Assembly (NCBI GenBank): GCA_964556745.1 | Contig: CAZKXW010000007.1 | Span: 21,028-85,027 of the forward strand | Reading direction: 5' to 3' | DNA: 64,000 bases | DNA from: an uncultured Anaerolineaceae bacterium | GTDB lineage: Bacteria; Chloroflexota; Anaerolineae; Aggregatilineales; Phototrophicaceae | Part shown: piece after piece, positions 37,073 through 47,676 of the stretch | Numbering within the stretch: the first letter of the stretch is position 1 | How the letters are laid out: each line of letters opens with the position of its first letter | Position numbers and translations under genes: made by a program | The notes under the pieces: generated by a model | The model's input: only the letters and a program-made list of their open reading frames with translations | Databases searched by the model: none | Told to the model about the DNA's origin: nothing

Positions 37073-39775
37073 TTATGATTCTGGCGTCAGGGTAGTTGGA
37101 TTCTTTTGGTCACATCCCGCCAAGGCTTCGAGTTCGCTGAGGCGCTGGTCGAGGTGACCGACGCGCTGGATCATGCCCAGCGCCTCGAAGATCAGCCGCG
37201 CCGAGCGGAAATGTTCCAGCGCTTTCGCGGTGTCGCCCAGTGAGTGGTAATCTTCCCCCAGGTCGGCCAGCCCATAACCTTCGCCGCGCTTGTCGTCCAT
37301 CTGCCGGGCAATCGCCAACGCGCATTCATGCTGCTGGATGGCCGCCGCGACCTGTCCCTGATCGCGGTAGGCGTCGCCCAGCCGCCCCAGGTTGATGGCT
37401 TCGCCGCGCTTGTCCCCCGTCTCACGGGCGATGGCGAGCGCCTGCTGGAGGTACTGCTGTGCCAGATCGAGGTGTCCCATACCCCGGTAGGCATCGCCCA
37501 ACCGCCCCAGATTGATGCCGATACCGCGCCGGTCGCCCGTCTCGCGGGCGATGGCGAGCGCCTGCTCGTAGGTCTGTACGGCGCTCTCCAGCCGCTCCTG
37601 GTCGCGGTAGATGTCGCCGATATTGCCCAGGTTGATCGATTGGCCGCGCAGATCACCGCGGGCGCGGGCAATGGTCATGGCCTGTTCAAGGTGGCTCAGC
37701 GCCTCGTCCGCGCGTCCGATCAAGCGATAGGCAATCCCCAGGTTAGCAAGGTTGATACCCTCCGAGAGCGTGCTTTTGTTCTGCCGGGCAATCGTCAAGG
37801 CCTGCTGAAGATGCTCGATGGCCGGCCCGGCCTGACCGAGCAACCGGTAAGCAATTCCCAACCGCCCCAGCGTGACACCCTCGCCGTAAGAATCGTTTAG
37901 TTCGCGATAAAGCTGAAGCGCCTGGCGGTAGTGTTTCATAGCCGTCCGCACCTGTCCCAGGTCGCGGTAGGCGCTGCCCAGATTACCCAGGAATCCGGCC
38001 TGCTGCTGCTTCTGATGCAGCAGTTCGCTGGCTTTGGCCGCCTGACTGAGTAGGGAGGTGGCGATACCGGCGTAGCCTTGCAAGTGCAGGAATCCCTCGG
38101 TGCTGTCGCTGTCGAAGCTGCGGTAGAGCAGCTCAGCGAAACGCTGCACTTCGGCATAGCGTTCGACGTTGATCGCCCAGTTGACCGCCCCGATGAAGTT
38201 GTCCAGTTCCGAACGCAGTGCGGCGAAGTGTTCCGGGCGCGGTTCGTGATGGCGTTCGAGGTGGTCGAGGCAGATGTCCAGCGCCCGGTGATGCTCGGCG
38301 TCGCCCAACTGCGAGCGGGCATAGCTATAGGCCAGGTCGTGGATGCGGTACTCGACCGCCCGGTCGCTGCTCTCGGCCACGCGCTCGGCCAATCCGCGAC
38401 GCTGCAAGAGCGTGAGCGCCTCCTCGACCGCTGGGATATCCTCGCCTAAGTACAGCGCCAGCATCTCCGGCGTAGCACTGGACGTGAAGAACGCCCCGAA
38501 TGCCAGAAACACTGCCCGCGCCGCTTCCTCGAGGCTGAACAGGCTGGTGTTGAGCAGCTCCTGGATGCTGGCGCGACCTTCTTCTTCCATGCCTTCGGGG
38601 GCGGTTAGCTTCCACGGATCGGCGGCGATCCGGCTAAGCAGTTCGCCGGGCGTCAATCCATCGAGCGATAGAGTCAGCCCAGCGACACGCACGGCGTAGG
38701 CGTGGTCGCCCAACTTCTCGCACAGGCTGTGTGCGTCCGGGTCGTCCATCCATTCCGGTTGGCCCTGATGCGCCAGCAGTTCCAGGGCCGCCTGCCGCTC
38801 TAGCCGTCCCACGTCCAGGCGCGTCAGCCCGGTGAAACGGTTGCGTGATGTGACCAGTACCGAGACGCCCGTCGGGAATACATTCACGTTGAGCAGCCCT
38901 TGCAGTGCCCGTGCATTCCACACATCATCCAGCACCACCATGCGGACATTGTTTTCCTGAAGCAGCAGACGGATCACACGGGCTTGATTGGCGATGCCGG
39001 TTTCTTTGAGGATGGTCTGTTGGGCGTTGAACGGCCGCGCCAGCGCCGCCAGTATGTCATCGCGCTCGGCGGAACCTGCCCGCAGCCAGATCACCGCGCC
39101 TTTGTGCGCCGCGATGCGCTCGGCTGCCACTGATGCTGCCAGCGCCGTCTTGCCCATGCCGCCGAAGCCCTGGAGCAGCACCCGCTTGCCCTTGTCGAGC
39201 AGCCCATGCAGATCGCCAATCATCCGGTCGCGTCCAATGAGCGTCTCTGGACGGTTGGGGACATCATCAGGCAGCGTCGCCAGGATCGCTTCCAGTTCGC
39301 CACCCCGGACCGTGCGCCACTCCTGCCAGTTGACCAGCGCCATCATCAACTTCTGGCGAAAATCATCCACTGTGGTGAACATGGCGCGGATGACGGCCTT
39401 GTCGATCCGCGCTTTGAAGGCGGCCAGACGGTGGGCGTTGCGACGCTCGATAGCCCGCTTGGGCCAGGTATACGTCGGATCGACAATGAAGCACAGCCGC
39501 TCCAACCCACGCTCCCCGGCGTAATCGAACTCGACTTCCGTGACGCTGCGGTCATAGCCGTCTTCAATATAGCCATAGCGGTGCGCGATGATGCCAACAT
39601 ACAGATCGGCTTCTTTGAGCTTGCGCTTGCTGCCCTCAGACGCGCCCACGCCCATCGCCTCGAAGTTTTCCATGGCGATGGGTATGAAGCCCAGATTGGC
39701 ACAGACTTCGATGGCAGCCTGACGGTAACGCTTCAGGTCTTTGCTGGTACTGCTGATGAAGACACTTCGAGCCAT
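37073..39775 (-). CDS. DUF4062 - NB-ARC/STAND NTPase - TPR protein (bacterial NLR-like)
   Basis: VFISSTSKDL..YR and SVTEVEFDYA; Walker A GFGGMGKT; Walker B VVLDDVW; IHDL; about 7-8 40-aa TPR repeats. Confidence 0.88.
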   Translation of the reverse strand: MARSVFISSTSKDLKRYRQAAIEVCANLGFIPIAMENFEAMGVGASEGSKRKLKEADLYVGIIAHRYGYIEDGYDRSVTEVEFDYAGERGLERLCFIVDPTYTWPKRAIERRNAHRLAAFKARIDKAVIRAMFTTVDDFRQKLMMALVNWQEWRTVRGGELEAILATLPDDVPNRPETLIGRDRMIGDLHGLLDKGKRVLLQGFGGMGKTALAASVAAERIAAHKGAVIWLRAGSAERDDILAALARPFNAQQTILKETGIANQARVIRLLLQENNVRMVVLDDVWNARALQGLLNVNVFPTGVSVLVTSRNRFTGLTRLDVGRLERQAALELLAHQGQPEWMDDPDAHSLCEKLGDHAYAVRVAGLTLSLDGLTPGELLSRIAADPWKLTAPEGMEEEGRASIQELLNTSLFSLEEAARAVFLAFGAFFTSSATPEMLALYLGEDIPAVEEALTLLQRRGLAERVAESSDRAVEYRIHDLAYSYARSQLGDAEHHRALDICLDHLERHHEPRPEHFAALRSELDNFIGAVNWAINVERYAEVQRFAELLYRSFDSDSTEGFLHLQGYAGIATSLLSQAAKASELLHQKQQQAGFLGNLGSAYRDLGQVRTAMKHYRQALQLYRELNDSYGEGVTLGRLGIAYRLLGQAGPAIEHLQQALTIARQNKSTLSEGINLANLGIAYRLIGRADEALSHLEQAMTIARARGDLRGQSINLGNIGDIYRDQERLESAVQTYEQALAIARETGDRRGIGINLGRLGDAYRGMGHLDLAQQYLQQALAIARETGDKRGEAINLGRLGDAYRDQGQVAAAIQQHECALAIARQMDDKRGEGYGLADLGEDYHSLGDTAKALEHFRSARLIFEALGMIQRVGHLDQRLSELEALAGCDQKNPTTLTPES

Positions 39776-40030
39776 GCGGGTTTGGGTTTCCGTGTGTTCA
39801 TGTGATGGATGCGCTCACTACTCGTCCGTATCTTACGCGATACGCCACGCCTTGAACAAGCACAGAAATCCTAACAATGTCCGTCATCGGGCAGCGGCGG
39901 CTTATCGCAACCGGCTGAAATCTAGAGAAGCTGCGATTGTCCCATTCGAGGGAGGGAGGAAGAGCTTCTGCCCGTCTGTCGCCGATGGATATCACGCCCA
40001 ATTTGAAAAACGTCCTTCACAACCGCTTGA

Positions 40031-40058
40031 TTGACGTATGTCGCCAGAGGGCTACAAT
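40031..40058 (+). promoter_or_regulatory. putative sigma70 promoter for the sugar kinase gene
   Basis: TTGACG-N16-TACAAT. Confidence 0.55.
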
Positions 40059-40207
40059 CTAGAGATTGGGGAAAAGGTTAACAGTCGGCCAGGCTAAATC
40101 TGAAGCTTATGCCCATGTTTTTGTAGGAACGCGCAGCGGCTCATCAGAGATTTGTACCTTCGACACGTTCCTGGATAAATCGCGGCGATTTACAGGAAAG
40201 CAATTCT

Positions 40208-41665
40208 ATGGCAGTTCTGGTCATTGATATCGGCACTTCATCTGTCCGCGCGCTGCTCTACGATGAGGAGGCTGCACCCATCCCCAGTGCGGCCGCCAGC
40301 ATCCCTCATCAGCCCCGCAGCGATGCGCCCGGAGAATCCACCTACGATGCGCTCGAAATCCGCGCTCGCGTCGAATCCTGCATTGACTCCGTAATGCAGC
40401 ACCCCGCCGCCGCGCACATCAGTGTAGTTGGTATGGCAACTCTGGCTGGCAATCTGCTCGGTGTCGATCACAACAGCCAGCCCGTTACCCCCGTCTACAG
40501 CTACGCCGATACTCGCTGCGCGGCGGATGTGGCCGTACTGCGGGCCACTCTGCCCGTCGAGTCGATCCACCAACGCACTGGCTGCCTGATCCACACTGCT
40601 TATCACCCAGCTCGACTGCGCTGGCTTTGGCGGACGCAGCCGGAACTATTCCGGCAGGCCGATCAGTGGACGGACATCGGAACCTATCTCTACACCGCCT
40701 GGTTCGGCGACGCGCCTTGCAGCTATTCCATCGCTTCCTGGTCGGGGCTGCTCAGCCGCAGCAATCTGGACTGGTACAGCATCCTGCTCAGCGAACTGCG
40801 GATGGACGAAATCGGACTGCCGCCCCTGGCCGATTACGGCGACTGCGTGCAGGGTCTCCTGCCGGATTACGCCGGGCGCTGGCCCGCCCTGCGGGAAGTT
40901 CCCTTTTGTCTGGCAGTCGGCGATGGCGCGGCGGCGACCATCGGCTGCGGTTGTACTGATTCGTCGCGGATCGCGCTCTCGTTGGGTACAACAGCCGCGC
41001 TGCGCGTTGTCTCTGATGACATCCTGCCGGCTGTGCCAGACGGCTTGTGGAGCTACCGAATTGACGCGCGCTATCACCTGATCGGCGGGGCGACCAGTGA
41101 AGGTGGCAACCTCTTCCAGTGGGCACAGCGGACCCTCCGGTTGGATAGTGATCCGGCGGCACTGGATGCGGCCTTGCTCGGCCGGATGCCGGATGAACAT
41201 GGCCTGACCGTGCTGCCGCTGCTAGCCGGGGAACGCAGCCCTGGCTGGTCGCTGGATGCCACGGGCACGATTACAGGGCTGCGCCTTTCGACCACCTCCA
41301 CCGACATCCTGCAAGCCTTGATTGAATCGGTGGCCCTGCGGCTGGCCCTGGTGGCTGAGCAGCTTGGCCCGCTGGCGCGGGCGGATGCGCCCGTCATTGG
41401 GGGAGGTGGAGCGCTGGCCGCTTCGGCGGTCTGGCCGACCATCCTGGCCAGCGCCCTCGACCGCGTCGTTTATCTGACCAATCTTCAGGAAGTCACTGCG
41501 CGGGGGATCGCGGTGCTGGCGCTGCGGGCGCGGGGGATGATGACCCTGGCCGCTTCTCCGCCTCCGATCACCACCGTGTTCGAGCCAGATACGCTGGCCG
41601 TCCGTGCCCTGCAAGCGGCGCGGGAACGCCAGACGGCGCTCTACCGGCAGATGGTCAGCGGCTGA
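40208..41665 (+). CDS. FGGY family carbohydrate kinase (gluconokinase-like)
   Basis: DIGTSS, YADTR, GDGAAA, GTTAALR and LAGERSPGW. Confidence 0.9.
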   Translation: MAVLVIDIGTSSVRALLYDEEAAPIPSAAASIPHQPRSDAPGESTYDALEIRARVESCIDSVMQHPAAAHISVVGMATLAGNLLGVDHNSQPVTPVYSYADTRCAADVAVLRATLPVESIHQRTGCLIHTAYHPARLRWLWRTQPELFRQADQWTDIGTYLYTAWFGDAPCSYSIASWSGLLSRSNLDWYSILLSELRMDEIGLPPLADYGDCVQGLLPDYAGRWPALREVPFCLAVGDGAAATIGCGCTDSSRIALSLGTTAALRVVSDDILPAVPDGLWSYRIDARYHLIGGATSEGGNLFQWAQRTLRLDSDPAALDAALLGRMPDEHGLTVLPLLAGERSPGWSLDATGTITGLRLSTTSTDILQALIESVALRLALVAEQLGPLARADAPVIGGGGALAASAVWPTILASALDRVVYLTNLQEVTARGIAVLALRARGMMTLAASPPPITTVFEPDTLAVRALQAARERQTALYRQMVSG

Positions 41666-41791
41666 GTCAAGCGATCAGGCAGCTGCCAGAGGGATGGCTG
41701 GCTGGCGAAGAACGATCTGAATGACCGGTCACGGCAATAAGTTGGCGCAGCACAGCGTTGCTCTCGATGTGGGTTACGGGGAACTCCTGGA

Positions 41792-42136
41792 TCAGCGGGC
41801 TTCAGTGCGGTAATCGTCACGCGGCGGGGAAAAGGCATCGATCACCAGGCTATCTACCAGGACGCGGACGCTGTGGATGATGCCGCCGGGGATGGCGTAG
41901 CTGTCACCGGGTAGGCAGATGCGGGTTTCCTGCCCGATGGTGAATTCGAGCTTGCCGAACACCACATAGCCGACCTGGTCGTTCTTGTGGCTGTGCGCCG
42001 GAACCACCGAGTCTTTCTGGAGGAAGAACTCGCACAACATGGCTTCGTCGGTTGTCCCCATCGTGCGGCGGTGGACGCCCGGCAGCATCTCTATTTGCCC
42101 AACGTCTTTTGGGGTGATGAAATATCCGTCGCCCAT
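41792..42136 (-). CDS. cupin domain protein
   Basis: PAHSH..DQ, IPGGIIH and FSPPRDDY; ATG after AAAGGA. Confidence 0.88.
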   Translation of the reverse strand: MGDGYFITPKDVGQIEMLPGVHRRTMGTTDEAMLCEFFLQKDSVVPAHSHKNDQVGYVVFGKLEFTIGQETRICLPGDSYAIPGGIIHSVRVLVDSLVIDAFSPPRDDYRTEAR

Positions 42137-42330
42137 GAGTAAGTCCTTTTCTGGCGCCATAGGTCGCGCCTTCTCATGCAGTCCGGTTTTCTGCAAGGCG
42201 TTCATATTATGCGGAGGCTGTGCTATATTGTCCACACACCTTAGCAGTCCGCTTTTGTTAGTGCCGTGAAAAGTAGACGACGTAACCTGGAAATCAGCAT
42301 CGCAGTTGTTTCCGAGGAGCGCATGTTATC

Positions 42331-43818
42331 TTGAGTCCCTGGCCCCGCAAGCCTGTCATCTACCAGATCAACACGTGGGTCTGGTTGAACAGCCTCAGCC
42401 GCACCTTCAAACGCCCGGTCACGCTCGCCAGTATTCCCGACAAAGTCCTGGATGAACTTGCCGGGTATCACATCGATGCCGTCTGGCTGATGGGCGTCTG
42501 GCATCGCAGCCCGGCTGCCCTTTACAGCGCCCTGAACTACATCCACGAGTACCGGCCAGCCCTGCCCGATATCACCCCCGACGATGTGACCGGTTCGCCC
42601 TATGCCGTCGGCATGTATCAAGTCGATGAAAACCTGGGTGGGCGCACCGGGTTAGCCTTTCTGCGAGGACGCCTGCGGGAGCGCGGTATCCGCCTTATCC
42701 TGGATTACGTGCCTAACCATATCGCCACCGATCATGCCTGGATTCGTGTCCATCCCGACTACATGGTACAAGGCCGCCCGCACGATCTGAAAACCCGTTC
42801 CAGTGATTTCTTCCAGACCAAAGATGCCTTTGGCCGTTCCTATATCGTCGCCCACGGGCGCGATCCCTATTTCCCCGGTTGGATCGATACCGCCCAGGTC
42901 AACGCCTTCGATCCCCATCTGCGCCGGGCAGCGCTGATGACGATCCTCGACATCGCCAGCCAGTGCGACGGCATTCGCTGCGACATGGCGATGCTTATGC
43001 TCAACGATGTTTTCGCCCACACCTGGGGTGGCTATGTCGGCAGCCGCCCCAGGACTGAGTATTGGGATGATATTATCCCACCTGTGAAGAAAGCCTATCC
43101 TGACTTCCTCTTTATGGCCGAGGTCTATTGGGATATGGAGTCGCGGCTTCAGCAGTTGGGTTTCGACTATACCTACGACAAGCGCCTGTACGACCGCCTG
43201 CGCGAAGGCAGTGCTGGCGGCGTGAATGCCCACCTCATCGCACCCATCGATTTCCAGCGCCATCTCGTGCGCTTCATCGAGAACCACGATGAGCAGCGGG
43301 CTGCCTCTGCGTTTGGTGTCGGGCGCAGCCTTCCCGCGGCCGTGCTGATCTGCACCCTGCCGGGCGCGACTCTGCTCCATGACGGCCAGTTCACCGGGCG
43401 GCGCATCAAGCTGCCTGTGCAGATCGGACGCCAACCGGATGAACCCGTCAACAAAGACTTGAAAGCCTACTACCTTAAGCTGCTGGCTGAACTGCGCTCC
43501 CCGGTCTATCAGGAGGGGCAGTGGTGGTTCTTTCATGTCAATCCTGGCAAGGATGATGGCAGCCATCACCATCTCGTCGCCCACGGCTGGCGCAGCGATC
43601 AAGACCATGTGCTGGTGGTCGCGAACCTGAGCGATCACCGCGCGCATGGGCATGTCTCGCTGGCAGGTTGGCCGGAGGTGGCCTCCGGTCAGTGGCTGTT
43701 GGAGGATGTGCTGGATGGCAATCGCTATGAACGAGGCGGAACCAACCTGCACTCACCGGGGCTGTACGTCGATCTCCGCGGTTATCAGTCGCATATCTTC
43801 CATCTGCGGCGGGGATAA
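42331..43818 (+). CDS. glycoside hydrolase family 13 (alpha-amylase-like)
   Basis: Catalytic regions LDYVPNH, DGIRCDMA, AEVYW and FIENHD. Confidence 0.92.
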   Translation: MSPWPRKPVIYQINTWVWLNSLSRTFKRPVTLASIPDKVLDELAGYHIDAVWLMGVWHRSPAALYSALNYIHEYRPALPDITPDDVTGSPYAVGMYQVDENLGGRTGLAFLRGRLRERGIRLILDYVPNHIATDHAWIRVHPDYMVQGRPHDLKTRSSDFFQTKDAFGRSYIVAHGRDPYFPGWIDTAQVNAFDPHLRRAALMTILDIASQCDGIRCDMAMLMLNDVFAHTWGGYVGSRPRTEYWDDIIPPVKKAYPDFLFMAEVYWDMESRLQQLGFDYTYDKRLYDRLREGSAGGVNAHLIAPIDFQRHLVRFIENHDEQRAASAFGVGRSLPAAVLICTLPGATLLHDGQFTGRRIKLPVQIGRQPDEPVNKDLKAYYLKLLAELRSPVYQEGQWWFFHVNPGKDDGSHHHLVAHGWRSDQDHVLVVANLSDHRAHGHVSLAGWPEVASGQWLLEDVLDGNRYERGGTNLHSPGLYVDLRGYQSHIFHLRRG

Positions 43819-43824
43819 GCGGAC

Positions 43825-43853
43825 AAGAAAGGGGCAGTCGTGTGGACTGCCCC
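43825..43853 (-). terminator. intrinsic terminator between convergent genes
   Basis: GGGGCAGTC-gtgtg-GACTGCCCC, with TTTCTT following on the minus strand. Confidence 0.75.
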
Positions 43854-43873
43854 GCTGTATTCGGAAGCTCAAT

Positions 43874-45229
43874 CTACTGCGCTTTGGCCACAGGTAGAAT
43901 CTGCTCGACGATTAATTCACCGACCCCATTCTGATACAGCCACAGGCCGTTGGTCTGACCCCGAAAGCTTGGTTCACCGCCGAGCTTGCCGGTCAGCTTG
44001 AAGCCGGAAGCCAGCCCGATGCCGTAGAGATTGGGCACAACCGCCCCGCTCTGATCTAGTACGCGGCAGCGATCATCCACCAGCGGCGGAGCGCCCTCGC
44101 CGGAAGCCAGCAGTTCGATGGGTGAACCGCTCTGATCCCAGATGGGCAGCGTGTTGGGGCGGTAGCCGAAAGCCGGGATGATGAGCGCGGCTTCGTCGAG
44201 AAGCGCCCCGATGTTGACGCTGTTGTTCTTCCCGGTACGATCCAATGGGATAAGGCGTACCCGTCGTTCCAGAGGGACGCCGCCGATCCCCCAGATGCGC
44301 TTGATGAGGTCGCGGCTGTCGAAGCGCAGCCCGGCCAACCGATAGAGGCGGTTGGTCACGGGGCAAAAATCCTCATCGGTGAAATCAGTATAACCTTCGG
44401 CCAGCGCTGCTTCCCGCGAGGGATAAAACAGGCGGAACGGCTCGCGGTGGAGGATGGTGATGTCACCCTCGCCGAAGTTTACCGCCACTTTGTTGAGCAG
44501 CACCCAGGCCGACGAGGTGGTGCTGTGCGATGCGCCAATGATGACTACCTTATGGTTGTCGCTAGCCTTGAGGCGGCGCTCGATTTCCGGGATGCCTTCG
44601 GTGCTGAGAACCAGGTTGGTCAGCAGCGCTTTATGGGCATATTTGCCGGATAGACTGAGTCCCGGAATGATCTCCGAGCCGAGGGTGCGCTCGCGCGATT
44701 GGCTCCCGCCCATCGCCATCACCACGTGTTCGGAAACGATGTCGAAGCTTTCGCTCCTGTCGCCATCGCGGGAAACGAAGCTCGTCCGGTAGCGACCATC
44801 AGGCATCTGCCGGATTTCCCGCGCCTCGGCACAGAGGATGAACTGGCTGATCGGGTGGGCGTCCACGACCTGGCGCAGCGCTATCCCCAGCTCGCCCATG
44901 AACTCTCCCACCAGACGCAGCGGAACCTGCCCGCCCAGATAAGGTTCCAGGGCGCGCTTGGCCGGGCTGTCGATGACCGCTCGCAGCGGGCCGTTTTCCT
45001 GACCTTGCAGGCATTCCAGGAAGGTATTGCACAGCGTATCCGAATTGATGCTGTACTGCCCGATCACACCGCGACCCATCTGGTCGGTACGATCCACGAT
45101 GGCGACGCCGGTGTCGAGCAGCGCATCGAGGCGTCCCTGCTGAAGGGCGCAGACCAGCGGCCCCGTCCCGGCAGGCCCGGCCCCGATGATGAGCGTCTTG
45201 AAAGTGTTGTCGCCCTTCTTGAAGTGCAT
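43874..45229 (-). CDS. FAD/NAD(P)-binding oxidoreductase of unknown substrate
   Basis: IIGAGPAG, VVMAMGG, VVIIGASHS and AFGYRPN. Confidence 0.8.
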   Translation of the reverse strand: MHFKKGDNTFKTLIIGAGPAGTGPLVCALQQGRLDALLDTGVAIVDRTDQMGRGVIGQYSINSDTLCNTFLECLQGQENGPLRAVIDSPAKRALEPYLGGQVPLRLVGEFMGELGIALRQVVDAHPISQFILCAEAREIRQMPDGRYRTSFVSRDGDRSESFDIVSEHVVMAMGGSQSRERTLGSEIIPGLSLSGKYAHKALLTNLVLSTEGIPEIERRLKASDNHKVVIIGASHSTTSSAWVLLNKVAVNFGEGDITILHREPFRLFYPSREAALAEGYTDFTDEDFCPVTNRLYRLAGLRFDSRDLIKRIWGIGGVPLERRVRLIPLDRTGKNNSVNIGALLDEAALIIPAFGYRPNTLPIWDQSGSPIELLASGEGAPPLVDDRCRVLDQSGAVVPNLYGIGLASGFKLTGKLGGEPSFRGQTNGLWLYQNGVGELIVEQILPVAKAQ

Positions 45230-45249
45230 GTTTCCCCCTGCACAATCCC

Positions 45250-46443
45250 TCAAACCATGAAAAACGGATCGAAGCGGTACTGCCCCTGCAAGACCGAGTC
45301 GTACAGGCGCAGTCCCTGAATGGCAAAAGCTGATACCCAGACGTTGGCGTGGGGCATCAGTTCACCGCTGCTCAGGCGTCCGAAGTAGAATGCCCCGTTC
45401 ACCCGCCGGTCATCGGATTCGGCTTGATTGCGAAGTATGACTGTCACCAGCTTATCGAGTTTGGCGCGGGTTTCTTCGGTCAGGGCAATGCGCCCCTCGC
45501 CGATGTGGATCGAGGCCAGACGGAGCGTCTGCCCCAGCACATCGACGCGCTCGTTATAGAGCGGTTGGCCGTCGTGGAAGTGGCGCGGCACATAGCCTTC
45601 GGGCGACTGCCAGCGCAGCAGCCATTCGGTGGCGCGGACGGAAGCGCTCAGGTAGTCCTCGCGGCCCAGGTATTTGCCGACTGTCCACAGCCCCTCGGCT
45701 GAATAAGCGTGCGGATGGGAATTTGTCCCGCCTTCCGTGGGGAAGGAGATGAAGCGGCCGTCCGGCTGCTGGAAGGTCAGCGCGATGTCGCAGGCTTTCA
45801 CCGCCGCCTGAAGGTATTTGTCGTGCCGGGTCGCGTCGTACAGGTTCGCCAGACCGATGGCGACTTTGGTGTGGTAGCTGCCAGAACACAGCGACCATTC
45901 CTTGTCGGACTCGATCATTGTCCGCTGATCCACATCGTAGACCGCGTAGAAGGTGCCATCCGGCTTCTGCATATCCCGGATGAGCCAATCAGCCGTTGTG
46001 ACAGCTGCGGCCAGGATCAGGGGGCGCTGCGTCGCCCGGTAGAGATTAACCAAGCCGCTGAGGATGACGCCTGTGTCGAAGGTATAGAGTTGGCTGTGCT
46101 TGAATTCGTAGCGCGACGGAACCAGCGGGAACAGGCAGCGAAAACCGCCATCCGGTTGATAAGCGGTGCGGACGAGCCAATCCCCGGCCCCGGTGGCGCT
46201 GTCCAGAAAGCGTGAGTCACCTGTCTCCTGGTAGAGATAGCACATCAGCGTCGTCAGATACCCGGTGATCTCCGAGTAGACATAGGGCATGGTCTGGGTA
46301 TCCTGCTCGTACCAGCAGGCGAAGCCCTGGCTGTGCTGCGGATTGTCGCTGACCACCTGGACGCCCGAATTCAGCAGCCATTCAGCCGCCTGGAACGCCC
46401 GCTTGGAAAGGGCAGTTGATTCGGTGGAAACATGAGATGCCAT
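45250..46443 (-). CDS. (alpha/alpha)6-barrel protein (glycosidase/epimerase/prenyltransferase-like fold)
   Basis: YSEITGY, FDTGVIL, and repeated WL...Q.PDG.F motifs. Confidence 0.7.
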   Translation of the reverse strand: MASHVSTESTALSKRAFQAAEWLLNSGVQVVSDNPQHSQGFACWYEQDTQTMPYVYSEITGYLTTLMCYLYQETGDSRFLDSATGAGDWLVRTAYQPDGGFRCLFPLVPSRYEFKHSQLYTFDTGVILSGLVNLYRATQRPLILAAAVTTADWLIRDMQKPDGTFYAVYDVDQRTMIESDKEWSLCSGSYHTKVAIGLANLYDATRHDKYLQAAVKACDIALTFQQPDGRFISFPTEGGTNSHPHAYSAEGLWTVGKYLGREDYLSASVRATEWLLRWQSPEGYVPRHFHDGQPLYNERVDVLGQTLRLASIHIGEGRIALTEETRAKLDKLVTVILRNQAESDDRRVNGAFYFGRLSSGELMPHANVWVSAFAIQGLRLYDSVLQGQYRFDPFFMV

Positions 46444-46459
46444 TTGGGAACCTTCTTTG

Positions 46460-47674
46460 TTAACGAACTCTGGCCGTCCGCCGATGGCGGATCGCATCTT
46501 CGATGCAGACATCGAGCCGCTGGCCGATGACATTCCAATCGTATTTGTCTTCGATGAGTTTGCGCCCAGCGCGACGCATATCCTCGCGCAGCACTGGGTC
46601 GCGGAACAGCCGCAGCACAGCGTCGGCCAGTTCTCGCGGCGTATCGCCCGTGAGGATTTCGCGGCCTTCCTGGGCATCGACCCCTTTGGCAGCCCAGCGC
46701 GTCGCCACGATAGGCGTGCCCAGCGCCAGCGACTCAAACAGCTTGATGCGCGTGCCGCCGCCGACTCGCTCCGGGATCAGGCCGACCCATCCCGATTGCA
46801 CAAATGGCCGCACATCACTGAGGTGCCCGACGTGAACGGCGTTGGGATATTTCGGCAGTTCCTCGACTCGCGTCCCGTCCAGCCGTCCAGCCATCGACAA
46901 TTTCGCCTCTGGGCATTCGTTCAGGATCAGCGGATAAACCTCACCCAGAAAAAACTGCATGGCGTCGAAGTTGACGTAGTAGGTCAGCGCCCCGGTGTAG
47001 ACCATCGAGTTCGGCTGCGGCGCGGCGAAGCTGCCGGTCAGCCGTTCCAGGTCGGCGCCATTGGGAATAACATCGATACGATCGTATCCGGGGATGACGC
47101 GGTGCAGCGGCTCGACTTCAGGCTGGGAGACGACCGTCACCCGGTCGTACTCGCGCATCACCTCACGCATATAGTTGGCCCACTTCGACCACATCAACTG
47201 CTTGCGCATCCGCTTGAGTGGGCTGGTTTCCCTCCCAATCTGATCGTAGAAGACGCTGATTTCGACCTCTTCCAGAATCTTGGGCGTGTTCGGGAGTCCA
47301 CGGGTATACAGCGGCATATCGATCTGGCTGGCGATGACCGCATCGAAGGCGACCCGGCTTGCCATCTCCTGCACCACAGCATCCATCTGTGGGCTGAAGC
47401 AGTCCACCAGCGACCGCGGCTTGGAACTCAAAAAACCGGCCAGTGCCTTCATCCCGCCTGGATTGAAGTTCTGGTACGTCACGACATGGACTTCCCGGCA
47501 GTGTTCCTGCATCGCCGCGATCCGCGCTGCGTCTACCGGTTCATCCGCCGCTGTGAAGGATGCTAGATACACCTCGTGATGCTTGCCGAGGTACTTCAGG
47601 AGGTTGTAAATACGAATCTTCGAGCCGTTATTGGCTGGATATGGATACCAGCGCGAAAGAAACAGCAGACGCAT
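46460..47674 (-). CDS. glycosyltransferase family 4
   Basis: YPYPANNGSKIR, IPNGAD and GGGTRIKLFESLALGTPIV. Confidence 0.9.
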   Translation of the reverse strand: MRLLFLSRWYPYPANNGSKIRIYNLLKYLGKHHEVYLASFTAADEPVDAARIAAMQEHCREVHVVTYQNFNPGGMKALAGFLSSKPRSLVDCFSPQMDAVVQEMASRVAFDAVIASQIDMPLYTRGLPNTPKILEEVEISVFYDQIGRETSPLKRMRKQLMWSKWANYMREVMREYDRVTVVSQPEVEPLHRVIPGYDRIDVIPNGADLERLTGSFAAPQPNSMVYTGALTYYVNFDAMQFFLGEVYPLILNECPEAKLSMAGRLDGTRVEELPKYPNAVHVGHLSDVRPFVQSGWVGLIPERVGGGTRIKLFESLALGTPIVATRWAAKGVDAQEGREILTGDTPRELADAVLRLFRDPVLREDMRRAGRKLIEDKYDWNVIGQRLDVCIEDAIRHRRTARVR

Positions 47675-47676
47675 CG

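Noticed and set aside
37250..37980. 120-bp tandem DNA repeats as a separate repeat element
   Set aside because: They are the coding sequence of the 40-aa TPR units of the STAND protein.
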